DNA from: Octopus vulgaris
Taxonomy: Eukaryota
Assembly (NCBI GenBank): GCA_951406725.2
Contig: OX597834.1
Coordinates: 33,480,001 to 33,544,000, forward strand
Length of the DNA stretch: 64,000 bases
Reading direction: 5' to 3'
This document shows, one piece after another, positions 41,286 through 54,420 of this stretch. The notes beneath the pieces were generated by a model that saw only the letters and a program-made list of their open reading frames with translations, was not told the DNA's origin and ran no database searches. Every line of letters begins with the position of its first letter. Positions within the stretch are counted from its first letter, which is position 1. The translations under genes and the position numbers were made by a program.

Positions 41286-42899
41286 CATTATTATCATTAT
41301 TGACTATTTGTTTACTTGTTTGAATTATAACACCTCCTGTATTCATACACCTGCACCCACACATGCAATGTCCTCCCCACACTACCAACGTACACTTATA
41401 TACACCCTTGAGTTGATATATAAACTGTTTGAAATACTGGTGGTGGTGGTGGTGGTGCGACCGATAGCTATATCAATAGAAATAAAAGTAGTGGCAGCGC
41501 CGGTGGTGGTGGTATCAGAGAAACATTTTTTTTGTTATTTTATCTAGCGGCCGAGCGACTGTTTAAACTTTGCCTTTGTAACTTTTGTAAGAAAACTAAA
41601 TATTTGTTTATTTATAGATCTATGTTGTGTGTGCAAGGGTTTGTGTGTGTGGGAGTGTGAGAAAATGTGTGCATGCACATTTACAGATAGATATATATGA
41701 ACATATATGTGTGTGTATACGTTCTCACACTCATATGTACGTAGTGGCAGCACATGACCTGGTGGTTAGGGTGCTGGACTCACAATCGTAAGATTGTGGT
41801 TTCGATTCCTGGACCAGGTGATGCGTTGTGTTCTTGAGCAAAACACTTTATTTCACATTATTCCAATCTTCTCAGATAGTAAAAAATAAGTAATCCTGTG
41901 ACAGAGCAGGGTCCCATCCAGGGAGGAATATATACGTCAGAAAAACCAGGAAACCGGCCCCATGCTCCTTACAGTGTAATGTAAACCAACCACACACACA
42001 CACATAGGTGCAGGTGTGGTTGTGTGGTAAGAAGCTTGCTTCCCAACCTCACAGTTTGGGGCTCAGTCCCACTGCATGGCACCTACTATAGCCTTGGGTC
42101 AACCAAAATCTTGTGAGTGGATTTGGTAGATAGAAATGGAAAGAAGCCTGTTGTATATGTTCTGAGTGGTTGGCGTTAGGAAGGGCATCCAGCTCATAGA
42201 AACCATGGTAAATCGGACTGGAGTCTGGTGCAGCTCTCCAGCTGGCCAGCCCTACTCAAACCGTCCAACCCATGCCAGCATGGGTTGGATAGATATCATC
42301 ATTAAACGATGATGATATCTATCAATATATATATACATGTGTGTGTTTGTCCCCCTTCCACCATATGACAATAGATGTTGGTGTGTTTATGCCCCCATAA
42401 CTTAACAGTTCAGCTTAAGAGACTGATAGAATAAGTACCTGGTTTTAAACAAAAGAAGTGCTGGAGTTGATGCATTCGGCTAAAACTTCTTCAAGGCAAT
42501 GCCCCAGGGTGGCTGCAGTCAAACGAGTGAAACATGTAAAAAAATAAAAGATATCTATATAGTAATTAATGGTAATACTTTCCCTGAAGCTGTATTCTTA
42601 GCATTTCTAATGTAAATGTATGTGTAAAGGCCAAACTAGACAGCGTTCATGGAGCTGGTGCAAGAGCACAAGCTTAACATCCAAACACTATATATACTCA
42701 TTGAAAAATGATTACACTTGGGAATTATGTTAAGAGTTTGTATGTGTGTGGAATACTTGGCCACCTCACATACTACTTCAGTAAAGAGTTCAATCCTTTG
42801 GTGGAGGTGTAAGTTAGACATCCTACATCACAGCCAGCTCAAGTGATGTATGTATAGTGTGAATCTGATGTTGCCATGGTGATTTAATGGAGGATTTTA

Positions 42900-43700
42900 T
42901 CATCATCCTCATCATCATCAGCATCGTTTTAATGTCCACTTTTCCATGCTTGCATGGATTGGATGAATATGTTGAGGCAGATGTTTCTTTGGTGGGATGT
43001 CCTTCCTAATGCCAACCCTCCCCAGTTTTCAAGGGAGGTAATATTTCCCCATGACCAGACATGTTTTCAGGGAAGATTGGAAGTAAATGACACTGCTTGC
43101 ATGACGATGATACTCACTCGCACCTATCACATGATGTCACGGTAATGAGACAGTAACATAAACACACACACACATGCACACATGTATACGCATACAACTG
43201 GCTTCTTCCAGTTTCTGTGTACCAAATTGACTCACAAAGCTTTGGTTAACTTGGGGCTATAGTATATGACGTGGAGGCGCAATGACCCAGTGGTTAGGGC
43301 AACGGTCTCGCGGTCATAGGATCGCGATTTCGATTCCCAGACTGGGCGTTGTGAGTGTTTATTGAGCGAAAACACCTAAAGCTCCACGAGGCTCTAGCAG
43401 GGATGGTGGTGATCCCTGCTGTACTCTTTCACCACATCTTTCCCTCACTCTTACTTCCTGTTTCTGTTGTACCTGTATTTCAAAGGGCCGGCCTTGTCAC
43501 TCTCTGTGTCACGCTGAATATCCCCGAGAACTACGTTAAGGGTACACGTGTCTGTGGAGTGCTCAGCCACTTACACGTTAATTTCACGAGCAGGCTTCTA
43601 TCATCCATAGTATATGATCCTTGCCCAAAATGCCACACAGTGTGACTGAACCTGAAATCATGTGATTGGGAAGCAAACTTTTACCACACAGCCATACCTG
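42900..43700 (-). mobile_element. SINE with family-A head and RTE-type 3' half (family C), interrupted by a family D insert
   Basis: - strand ends gggttggcattaggaaggacatcc...catgcaagcatggaaaagtggacattaaaacgatg. Other body copies near 1630, 2440, 7800, 11330, 30505, 37295, 63300. Confidence 0.7.
43273..43596 (+). mobile_element. tRNA-headed SINE family D (3'-truncated young copy)
   Basis: A-box-like tgacccagtgg and B-box-like tttcgattcc. Body gagaactacgttaagggtacacgtgtctgtggagtgctcagccac recurs at 15350 (-), 20400 and 44560. Confidence 0.8.
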
Positions 43701-43714
43701 GGTGCATAATCCTT

Positions 43715-43985
43715 TCTCACCAAGAGGCTGAAATGATGGCTCTTCTGGAAACTGGTTGTTGAAGCCCCTGAGGGCTTCAACATGATGGTTGAATATGGTC
43801 CATATCCAATTTGTAGAAGCAAGTGGAAACACAGGCTGCTTGTAAATGAGAATCTTGGTATGGAATTGTAATAATCTATGGTGGTTATTTAGAAAATTTA
43901 GAGAGGCCTTTGTGAGCTTTCCAAAATCTACAGGGGCTTGTCTAAAGTAGTTAACAAGCTCCTTATTCAATATGCAGTCATTGGA
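43715..43985 (-). mobile_element. Degenerate RTE-clade LINE fragment (region just C-terminal to the RT core)
   Basis: Translation NKELVNYFRQAPVDFGKL...LQFHTKILIYKQPV...WTIFNHHVEALRGF resembles the RTE pattern EIxxRIxxAxxAFGxL...TKxxxYxxxV...WT...HxxxLxxF. Confidence 0.6.
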
Positions 43986-44232
43986 AAATTACAATGTGCA
44001 CGTGTGTGTGTGTGTGTGTGTGTGTACACAAACACAAACACACACACACATTTATGTAGGCTGGCAATAAGAAATCAGTAATTACAATCAACAGATGTTA
44101 AATTCTTCTGTAAAATAGTTTTAAGAGAGAAATAAAAGAACTTGACAAATTAATGTGTGACATAAGTTAATGATGATTTTTAATTACCCGCATAAGTACA
44201 CACATTCACACACACAAACCCCTATCCAAATA

Positions 44233-44288
<56 letters not shown>

Positions 44289-44347
44289 TATGCATGCACC
44301 CATTGATATATAAACATGTGTGTATACATGCTTACATGTTTATATAT

Positions 44348-44397
<50 letters not shown>

Positions 44398-46079
44398 ATA
44401 CACACACACATAAACATATACTAAAGGTATATGACTTAGTGGTTAGGGTATTCAGCTGATGATCCTAAGATTGTGAGTTCAATTCCTGCTGATATATTTT
44501 GTCCTTGAGCAAGACACTTTATTTCATATACAGTCCACTCACCTGGCAAAAATGGATTGTACATGTATTTCAAAGGGCTAACCTTCTGTCATTCTCTGTC
44601 ATGCTAAATCTCTCTCTGAGAACTACATTAAGAATATGCATGTCTGGAGTACTCAACCACCTTCCTGCTTATTTCACAAACAGGCTGTTCTGTTGATCGG
44701 ATCAACTGGAAACCTTGCTGTTGTAATCAACAAAAAAAAAATAGAGGTAAAAACCCTAAACAAAAGTAATCCCTTATGTTTTTCTTCTATCATGGTCAGG
44801 TTGTTTTGGGGATCAGCTGTAGGATCTAGCATAGCAGTAATATGCGTGGGGTACAACTTCATACTTACTGTCACAGTTTCTTTGGTCATGTGACAACCTT
44901 TTTTTGCAATGGCGGGAATATTTAAATCTGTGGTTACAACGGCAATTTTCTGTCTGTCTGTTTGTCTGTTTATCTCTTTGTCTCTTGAATCTTTCTTTGT
45001 TTCTTTTCTCACTGTCTTTCTCTTTGTCTTTCTTTTCTTTTGTTTATATCTCTTTCTGTCTGCCCCCCCCTCTCTCTTTCTTGTCAAGCAGCGTCTTTGA
45101 AGATATATTGGATTAATCTAAATCTAGCCTAGTCTAGGTCAGCTGTGGATTAGATTAATGTTGGTGAGTGGAGGGATAGGATGGACTTAATGAGAAGGGG
45201 CCTCACACACACAAATGCTCACATACACATGTTCACACATAGCCACAAACACACACACACAGTGGGTTTGTGTGTGTGTGTGTGATATGGAAGCAGTGAG
45301 ACCCAGTTTCACGTGTGGGAGAGATTTAAGAAAGCAATGTGTGCACAAAGAACTTCTCCCTCCCCCCAACTCGATCATAATGCCCAGAGAAATGGTTTAT
45401 ATTGCATGACAGGGTCTTAATGACTCCCCAAGGCATTCACTCACTACAGTATTGGTTCCCTGGTTATACCAGCACCAACACCACAGCCACCATCACCACC
45501 ACCACCACCACCACAACCATCAGCATCACCATCACTACAATCATCACTAATGCCACAACCACTACTACTACATCAACATATCACTAACATTACCACTACA
45601 TCACAAAACACCATTGCTACCACTAACATTATTACCACTACTGTTGCTTACACTACCACAATGACCACCACCACCAACACCACCATCGCAACCACTACCC
45701 TCAGCCCAGCACATGACCAACGCTATCATTACTGCCAAAACTATCATCACCCTACCACAATAACAATCAATAACAATACCATCATGCAGTCACTGGCTCT
45801 ACCATTACACCACTACCATCACCATCACATGACCACTGTGACTACAACCACACCAACCACCACCATCTCTACCACCGTCGCCATCTCTACGATCCTCACC
45901 ATCTCTACCACCACCACCAACCACTCCTCCACCTCCCATCTCCACCACTACCATGTTTACACCTGCCTGATCACCCTGCTCCCTTCCTCTAAATGTCTCC
46001 CCTCCACCCTCTCCATTTCCATTAAATGTCATCAGTAAAGGATTAATTAACTGGCTACATTAGTGTTAATTGTTGATGT

Positions 46080-47025
46080 ATTGTATTACAGGTTGTTTAA
46101 TAATCACATTAAGGTGTATCACAGTAGCAGTGTAACATTGTTTATAGTGTGATGTCACATAGCACTACACTTGTGTTACACTTTGTCTGGTGTAACTCCA
46201 ATGTCATTTGTGTTACATAACTGCTTAGCTTACAGTAAGATGTAACATATCACATCAGTGTAATACTGCTTATAGTAAGGTGTAACACAGAACCAGTGTT
46301 ACACTGCAGCATTAGTATTATGTAACCTTGCTTATACTAAGGTGTAACACAGGACCACTGTCACATCAGTGTTACTTCACTCCCTGTGGCTAGGTGCAAT
46401 ATAGCACTGCATCAGTGTAATGTTGCTTATAATAATGTGTAACACCGTATCAATGTGACATGTTTCACATCACTGTAACACTTTTTACAGTAAAGTGTAA
46501 GACAACACCAATGTTACATCATTATTATTGCTTGCAGCACCTGTGTTAGATCAGTATAATGCTACTTATAGGAGAGTGTAACACAGCATTGATGTCACAT
46601 TAGTGTCATATCGCTGCTTACAGTAAAGTGTAACATGCCACTACATTAACGTAACATTGCATGAATGTTACATCAGTATAACACTGCTTAGAGCAGTGGT
46701 TTTCAACCAGGGTTCTGCGGAACCTTAGGGTTCCACCAGCACAGTGCAGGAGTTTCGCAAGAAGTTACAAAACTGCTAAAACCGGCAGCAATTTTTAATT
46801 CTCCTGTGCAGATATGTGTGCATAGGACTATTAAATTGTTGCACAGGGGTTCCTCGAGCCAGTGGAATGTTTCCATGGGGTTCCGCTCCAGCAAAAAGGT
46901 TGAAAAGCACTGGCTTAGAGCATTGTTACACTACTTATATCAGTGCCATGTTACAACAGTGTTACACAGTATTAATGTTACATACAGCAACAATGTTTCA
47001 CTAGTTAGGTGTAACACTGTACAAT
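46080..47025. repeat. Degenerate minisatellite rich in GTGTAACA/TGTTACAC
   Basis: Recurrent units like agtgtaacactgcttatagtaaggtgtaacacag; interrupted by the hAT MITE at 46694. Confidence 0.8.
46694..46912. mobile_element. hAT (Charlie-like) MITE, 219 bp
   Basis: TIRs cagtggttttcaacc / ggttgaaaagcactg; perfect 8-bp TSD gcttagag at 46686-46693 and 46913-46920. Confidence 0.93.
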
Positions 47026-47039
47026 GACAAGCCAGCAAG

Positions 47040-47245
47040 GGAGACACGAAGTGTTCATTTCACCTACTTGGAATAGTGGTGAAATCTCCTTCACATCACA
47101 GACCACAACCTTTGAATAAAGGATGCATTGGTTAATGTAGTCCTGAGTTCTCTGCTAGTAAAAAGACAGGATGGTCATGGTTGGAATGTTTTTGATCATA
47201 AGTCTGTTTGATAAAGGCTGACCTGAGTTTAAACAATAACTGTTG
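47040..47245 (+). repeat. Abundant unclassified dispersed repeat (family E), representative copy
   Basis: Blocks related to ctagaaatagcagccaaatctccctcaaatcac and gatggtcatggctggaatg..tttgatcata..aacaacaac recur near 7590, 11590, 12650, 15160, 18790, 23525, 33130, 50400 and 62480. Confidence 0.6.
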
Positions 47246-49532
47246 GCAACAAGATGTAACTCAGTATCCCCTCACTTCGTTCTTAATTATTATACTAATC
47301 AACCTCTCTAGGCTCTGTTTGTCAAGATTTACTTGTTGCCAGGGTTTGCACTGTGTTAGTGAGGCCCTGATTGTTAGGGTTTACCTCTGAGCCAGCATTT
47401 CATTGCTTGTTTGGTGGAGCAGTTCCTCAGTGTCAAGACAGCGCTCTATCATCAGTTGAAGGAAGGGGTGTACTCAATGATCTTTGCTGGCCATCCTCCT
47501 AGACTAGTGACATTGACATGGTTGATATTCAGTTTTAACAATTGTATGAGACAAGGAGGGGACAAAACAACAAAAAAACAAATCGTGAGTTTCAGAGGGA
47601 TGCGGGTCTCTCGAGGAAATGATTGGGTACTACTACTAGTACTACTACTACCACCACCACCACCACTACTACTACCACTACCCCCACTACCACCATTTCT
47701 ACTACTACCATGACTATTTCTACTACTACAACTATCACCATGTCTATAGTTACTACTATTACAACTACTAGTGCCACCACAGCCATGTCAGCTACTAGTA
47801 CCACTACTCTTACTACAACTACTGTCACCATCACACATCACCACCATTACGACCACCACTACTAGTGGCAGACATATAACTGTATGTAGGGATACATACA
47901 TTAGGCTATTTACTCCTCGTCCCTACTGAAATTTGGATTGCACAAGAGATTATAACTGTTGTTGCAACAAACACTACTACCCCATTATTAGCTATCACTG
48001 GTCATTATCAGTGATAAACAAACATTATCGGCTGATTAGAGCTGATAATAGTCGTTAAGATGATGTGTTTAACAGCTATTATAAATTATATATAAAAGAG
48101 GGAAAAACTATTAGCCGCTATTACTGACTTTTATTATCAGTAGATAAAGAGCTGTTAATAGTTATCAACTATAAACAATTATTATTTGCTATTTCTATCA
48201 CTCGTATTGGTTATTAACTGTAATTAATTTTTATTAGCTATAATTAACTGTTATTGGCTATAATTATCAGTTATTGAGTGAACAAACTATTATTGGCTGT
48301 TATTAAGTTGTTAGTAATTATAATCATTTTTAACTATCATTAAACACTTTAATTGCAAACATACATACATACAATTGAACACACACACATGCACACATAC
48401 ACATGACCCATGCTAGCATGGAAAAACGGACTTGTGAACAAAGGAATGATCATATACATACATAGTTATAACTACATATATATAAGTTTATATGCTCACT
48501 TAAGTGTGTGTGTAAATGTGCTTGTGTGCCACTTAAAAGCTCTTGTGCCTGTGCCAGGTAAAAAGTACCCAATCCACACTGTGAAGTGGTTGGCATTAGG
48601 AAGGGCATCCAACCGTAGAAACCATGGTGAAATAGACAGCTGGAACCTGGGAAGTTCCCTAGCTGGCCAGTTTGTCAAACTGTCCAACCCATGCCAGCCT
48701 GGAAAGCAGACGTTAAATGATGAAGATGATGATGATGATGGTTACGAGGATATACGTTGTGTCTACTGTTAGATGTACAACTGCTCCTGTACGAGTTTGA
48801 GCTCCATATACATTATCACCAACCAGTCAGTTTCCAGTTAGTCAACCACTGTATTTAGCAGTTTTACTTGTGATGATATGCAGAGTATACAAAGTGGAAA
48901 TTGAAATAAACACCAATATATATATATATATGGTGGCACGTAAAAAGTACCATCCGTTCGTGGCCGTTGCCAGCCTCGCCTGGCCCCATGCCGGTGGCAC
49001 ATAAAAAGCACCATCCGTCCGTGGCCGTTTGCCAGCTCCACATAGATTATCATCAGCCAGTCAGCTTCCAGTATAAGTGTTAGTCAACCACTGTATTTAG
49101 CAGACTGGGCCTGATGCAGCCTTCTGGCTTCACAGACCCCAGTTGAACCGTCCAACCCATGCTAGCATGGAAAGCGGACGCTAAACGATATATATATGAT
49201 ATATATATATATATATATATTCAGTTCCTATGCACATGTATAGATAAATTTATATATGTCTCATCATTTAACATCCACTTTCCAAGCTGATATATTCATT
49301 ATCATCTTCATCATTGTTTAATGTCTACCTTCCATACTAGCATGGGTGGGACAGTACCACAAGAGCCAATCAGGCCTAAGCCTACACTAGACTTCTGTAA
49401 CTATTTTGGCAGGATTTTTATAGCTGGATGCCCTTCCTAACACTAACCACTCCACAAAGTGGACTTAGTGCTTTTTACGTGGCACAAACACAATCAAGGT
49501 GAGTAGTGCTTTTTACATGTGTATATATCATA

Positions 49533-49740
49533 CAAGGAGATGCTGGCTTTCAGTAAAAGAAAATACAAGAGGATCAGTTAACTGTGATTCTATTCAATAT
49601 ATTCCCCTCTCAGATTCTCACACACTTATTACAGCGGCCCTTCAGTTTTTCTAAGCCCTGTAAAAGAACTTAGAAGGTTGGGTCTCCAACCAGACCTTTC
49701 ATGATACCCATAAAGCCAGGAACTTTTCAGCACACCCTCG
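49533..49740 (-). mobile_element. Tc1/mariner-derived MITE with TA duplication
   Basis: TA at 49531-49532 and 49741-49742; reverse-orientation copy of 35486-35700. Confidence 0.82.
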
Positions 49741-51313
49741 TATTGTGTAGACACAAGCATGGCTGTATAGTTGGGGTTTTGCTTCCCAACCCTGTGATTT
49801 CAGTTTCAGTCCCATTGTGTTGCTTCTTCTACTATGTTGTTGATTTGTTAGTTGGAGACTGAAGGAAGCCTGTTGCCAGTGTATGCATACCTGTGTGCTT
49901 ACAGGTATGCATATCTTTGCTTGGCTACAGGCAGTGACATAGTGTTTTTGACAGGTCATCCACTGTCTTTGAGCATTTGAGGTTTTGTGGAAAATGGTGC
50001 GCTTTACTTGCAAAACAGGGATGGTTTAACAAAAGGAGGGGTATCAGCTGAATTAAAAAGCAATAATGTTTCACAAATATAGTAATTTATTCTGTGCTGA
50101 CATGTATATGTGTGTGTGTGTGGTGTTCGTTGAAGAGAATTCAAATGAATCACACACACTCACACGCACCCAAGATCTGCAGTAAACCTGTAATAAAACA
50201 TTTTCCCAGTCATTAATGTCAATTTCAACTCTTTCTGTCTGTTTGTCTTTCTCACTCACTCTCTTTCTCTCTCTCTCTCTCCCCTCACATAGATTATCAT
50301 TATCTATGTTTCTAACACTATAGGCACATGCATACATATGTGTGTGTGGTTTTTGAGTGTGATGATGATAGTGTGTGTGTGTGTGTGCATGTGTGTCCTT
50401 ATGTCTTTAAAAAAAAGGACCCATTGACTATGCAAAAAAGTCAGGATGGTCAAAGTTAGAATGTCACTTATCATAGGTCTACTCAATGAAGCCTAACCTG
50501 GAGTTGATTAAAGTTATATAAGGGCCTGATGATTGGGGTGGCATCTGGAGAGGGGTTCCAGGGAAACACGGAGTGGTTTAGGAACCCGAGGATGTACCTC
50601 ATGAAACACGTGTTGCTAAGTAATAAAACAGTAGGTATTTAAAATAAAAATAAAAAATTCTTTTATTTGGTGAAATGTAGGGGTCTACTATCTCTAAATT
50701 AAAAAATATATATATATATATATAAGCTGGATGGTTATAGTCTAAGCAGCTTTTATCATACATCTGGATCTATCAAAGTTTATATGGGATGATGATGCCG
50801 TAATAACTAAGAGGGCCTCTACAGGAAATTTGCTAAAAGTAGCAGCTAAAACTCTTGCAGATCATGTCCTACTGCCTTCATGAAGGATACAATAGAGAAC
50901 ATGCAAAGATGGATGAGAAACTTTCGGAGTAGGTTTACTCAAGCTGGAAATAACAGCCAGATTTTCCTCAAATCATACATCTTACAGTTTTAAGAAAACA
51001 AGAATGGGAGATAACATCATCGTCATCATCATTTAGAGTCCATCTTTCCATGCTGGCATGGGTTAGAACTGGAACTGGTAAGCCAGAGATCTGCACCAGG
51101 CTCCAGTCTGATTTTAGGCTGATTTCTACAGCTGGATGCCCTTCTTAATACCAACCACTCCAAGAGTGTAGTGGGTGCCTTTAATGTGTCACCGGTACCA
51201 GGTTCCATAGTCTGTTTGGCTTGGTTTCTTTAGCTGAATGCCCTTCCTAACACCAACCACAGAATGTACTGGGTGCTTTTTACATGGCATGATCTTTAAG
51301 AATGCGTTTGCAC

Positions 51314-51351
<38 letters not shown>

Positions 51352-52364
51352 ACATCTATGCTCACTTACGCAAATTATGACATATTTGTCTGGTGCTGTT
51401 GTTGGTATTTCTCCTGTCAATAAATCATCATCTCACTTTGCGCCTTCAAAACCCATGTAGAATAAGTGAACCCTTACTAGAAAAACTTATGTAAGAGTTT
51501 GCATGAGAAAGGGTATCCAGCTGTAAAAACCAGTGTCTTAGTCACATATTCATCTAACCCATGCTGACATGGAAAAATAGACATAAAAATGAACTGATGA
51601 ATGAAATTCTATTAACAGGGAATGAGGAATGCCTGGCTCCCTCCCTCCTTCCCACACATTACACAGACACACCCAGTGAAATTTTTAGTTTCTTTTCAAC
51701 TTTTTTTTTCCTAGACATTCTCTGTTTGTGACGTGTCCCCATCTATGTTTGTGTGTCTGTATATGTGAGTGCATGTGTATGTGTGTGTGTATGTCTGTAT
51801 ATCTGTATGTATGTATACATGTATGTGTTTGGATGTGTGTGTATAGTCCTCTCTATGTGTGTGTGTGTGTGTACTAACATTGTACATAAACAAGTTGGAC
51901 TTTCCTCAAATAATTTTCAAAAGAACTATCAGATATTTCGTCCACATTTTGATTTGACAATTAAAAAAGCCGAAACCACAACACCAACAATAAAAAAAAA
52001 AAAATAATAATAATAATAATGTACTGATTTTTATGTCGATCATTCTATTTCTAAACCTGCTGGGACTAGCTTTTTTTTTTTCTATTTTTTTTTTATTTTG
52101 TATTCTTTTTCTTTCTATTATTTTCTTACACACTCTCTTGTGGAACCATGAACCGTAGCTGAGAATGATCTTACCATTGCTTTCCCACGATGTCTTATAG
52201 TTTCTGTTTTGTGCGATATTTTTCCAGAAAAAATTTATAGAAAAAAGAAAGAGAGGAGAAGAGTGGGGTATTAAAACAAGTTGAAGAAATAATATCTCAT
52301 GCCTTTTATATATGTGTGAGTGAGTGTGTGTATGAACATGTGCACACATATATATACATAGATA

Positions 52365-52401
<37 letters not shown>

Positions 52402-52597
52402 GCTTTTCTTTGGCTTTGAAATATACTCTAATATTTCATTTTGTATGTAATACAGTTGAGTCACTTGTGTGTGTGTGTTTAGACTTTAGAAAAATCACCC
52501 CACCCATCAACCCTGATGAAAAACAAATAAAAGTAAAACAAAGAAAACAAAAACAAACTAAAATTCCACTTTGAGATCATTGCTATCCATTTACTCA

Positions 52598-52633
<36 letters not shown>

Positions 52634-52894
52634 GTGATAATACATAGTTGACGCTTGTGAAAATATTTTACAAGTGATATTTGAATATTTAATCCGGCCA
52701 TATCCACGACCAGATCCTGCTTCTCAGACTTAACTGACAATGCCATTCTGAAAATATACAAACACACCATTGGAATGTGGAAGCTACAAGATAATGCATG
52801 ATTAATTGAAAACAATGTCGGTTAATAAGCAATACATTTGACTAAGAAATCTGAATAATAAATGGTTAAAATGATTTGAGTTCGGTAGAAATAA

Positions 52895-53425
52895 TTAACC
52901 CTGTTATTATCATATTTCTGTTCAGATGCTTTGTTTCTTCCAGTTAATCTTTAAATATAAAAGTGAAGTTGTGTGTCTGTCTGTCGCCTACAATTTAGAT
53001 TCCTAACTACTCCCACATTTTGCGGTGCAGTTTAACCAAAAGCGGGTATCTTATAGTCGTCATTCATATCGAGCCCTTCTGGGTATTAGTGCGTGTCTAC
53101 GATGAGTCTATGATAAAAAAAAAAATTTACCATCATTTTTTCCCATTTTTAATGCATTTTTTTGCTATTATATAAGGGAAGTAACTCTCTAAAAATGCTT
53201 ATATAGTTATTTCCCTTACAAACCCAAGCAACGCTGGGCGATACTGCTAGTTTTAAATAAAACAAGGAATTTAGTAAAATAACTTAGTTACCATTAAGCT
53301 AGTGTTAGGAACATAACTTGTGACTCAGGTTTGATGGAAGATTTTAATTCAGGACTTTTGAAAACAAGATATTTGTACTACAGAGTCAGAGGCGGTTTCA
53401 GTTGGGTTGGCACCGAAAGAGTTAA
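52895..53425 (+). mobile_element. piggyBac-like MITE family P2 containing a Helitron
   Basis: TTAA-ccctgtt ... cgaaagag-TTAA. With 52948-53250 removed, it aligns to 56653-56809 and to the reverse complement of 49-420. Confidence 0.7.
52948..53250 (+). mobile_element. Non-autonomous Helitron (303 bp)
   Basis: 5' TC, 3' CTAG, subterminal imperfect GC hairpin cccaagcaacgctggg about 12 nt from the end; inserted between A (52947) and T (53251) with no TSD. Confidence 0.85.
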
Positions 53426-53873
53426 GTGAGCTTTTAAAATGCCTTAGAGAGCAGTTGACCCCTTTTGGCTGTGTATACATACAAACACTTATTGCTATGC
53501 ATTCATATTACGTGCTTGCCTTATATCGTCATCGTCATTTAATGTCAATTTTCCATTCTGGCATGGGCTGGACAGTTTGACGGTCTGGTGATGCACAGGA
53601 CTGCAATGAGCTCTCAATGCCAGCTTCAGCATAGTTTCTATGGCTAGATGCCCTTCCTAATGCCAATCATTTTACATTGCATACTTTTATCTTTCATCTT
53701 TTACTTGTTTCAGTCATTAGACAGTGACCATGTTGGGGCACTACTTTGAAGAAATTTTAGTTGAATGAATTGATCCCAGTACTTATTTTTAAAGCCAGGT
53801 ACTTAATCTATTGGTGTCCTTTGCTGAACTGCTAAGTTATGGAGACATAAACACTCCAGCACCAGTTGTCAAG

Positions 53874-53924
<51 letters not shown>

Positions 53925-54420
53925 GATGAGCTTCTTTCAGTTTCCATCAACCAAATCCATTCAAAAGACTTTGGTTGGCCCCAGGCCATAGTAGAAAACA
54001 CTGGTCTAAAGTGCTATACAGAGGGACTGAACCTGGAACCATGTGGTTGGAAGTAAACTTCTTACCACACAGCCTTGCCTGCACCTATGGATTAATTTTT
54101 TTTTTTTTTGTGCCACCAGCACTTGTGAAGTTACCAAGTAAATTGTAAAACAGGAAAAAGAAAAAAAAGAAACTCCTTCATTTGAATGTGTAGATGGGGG
54201 TGGGGGTATCTGAGAGAGGGAGATGGCTTTATGCCCAGTGTTTAGAGGCTAAAGTATGATAGGTGTACAAGCGCAGATGTCTTGCTATAGATGAGATCCA
54301 TGGCTACCCCATGGGGTACATGGTTATATATGTTGTACATATTGCAGTGTAAATCAGAACATCTAAAATAAATTTTAATTTTACAAAGCCTTGCTGTGAA
54401 TGAGATAATATAAGCGCATT

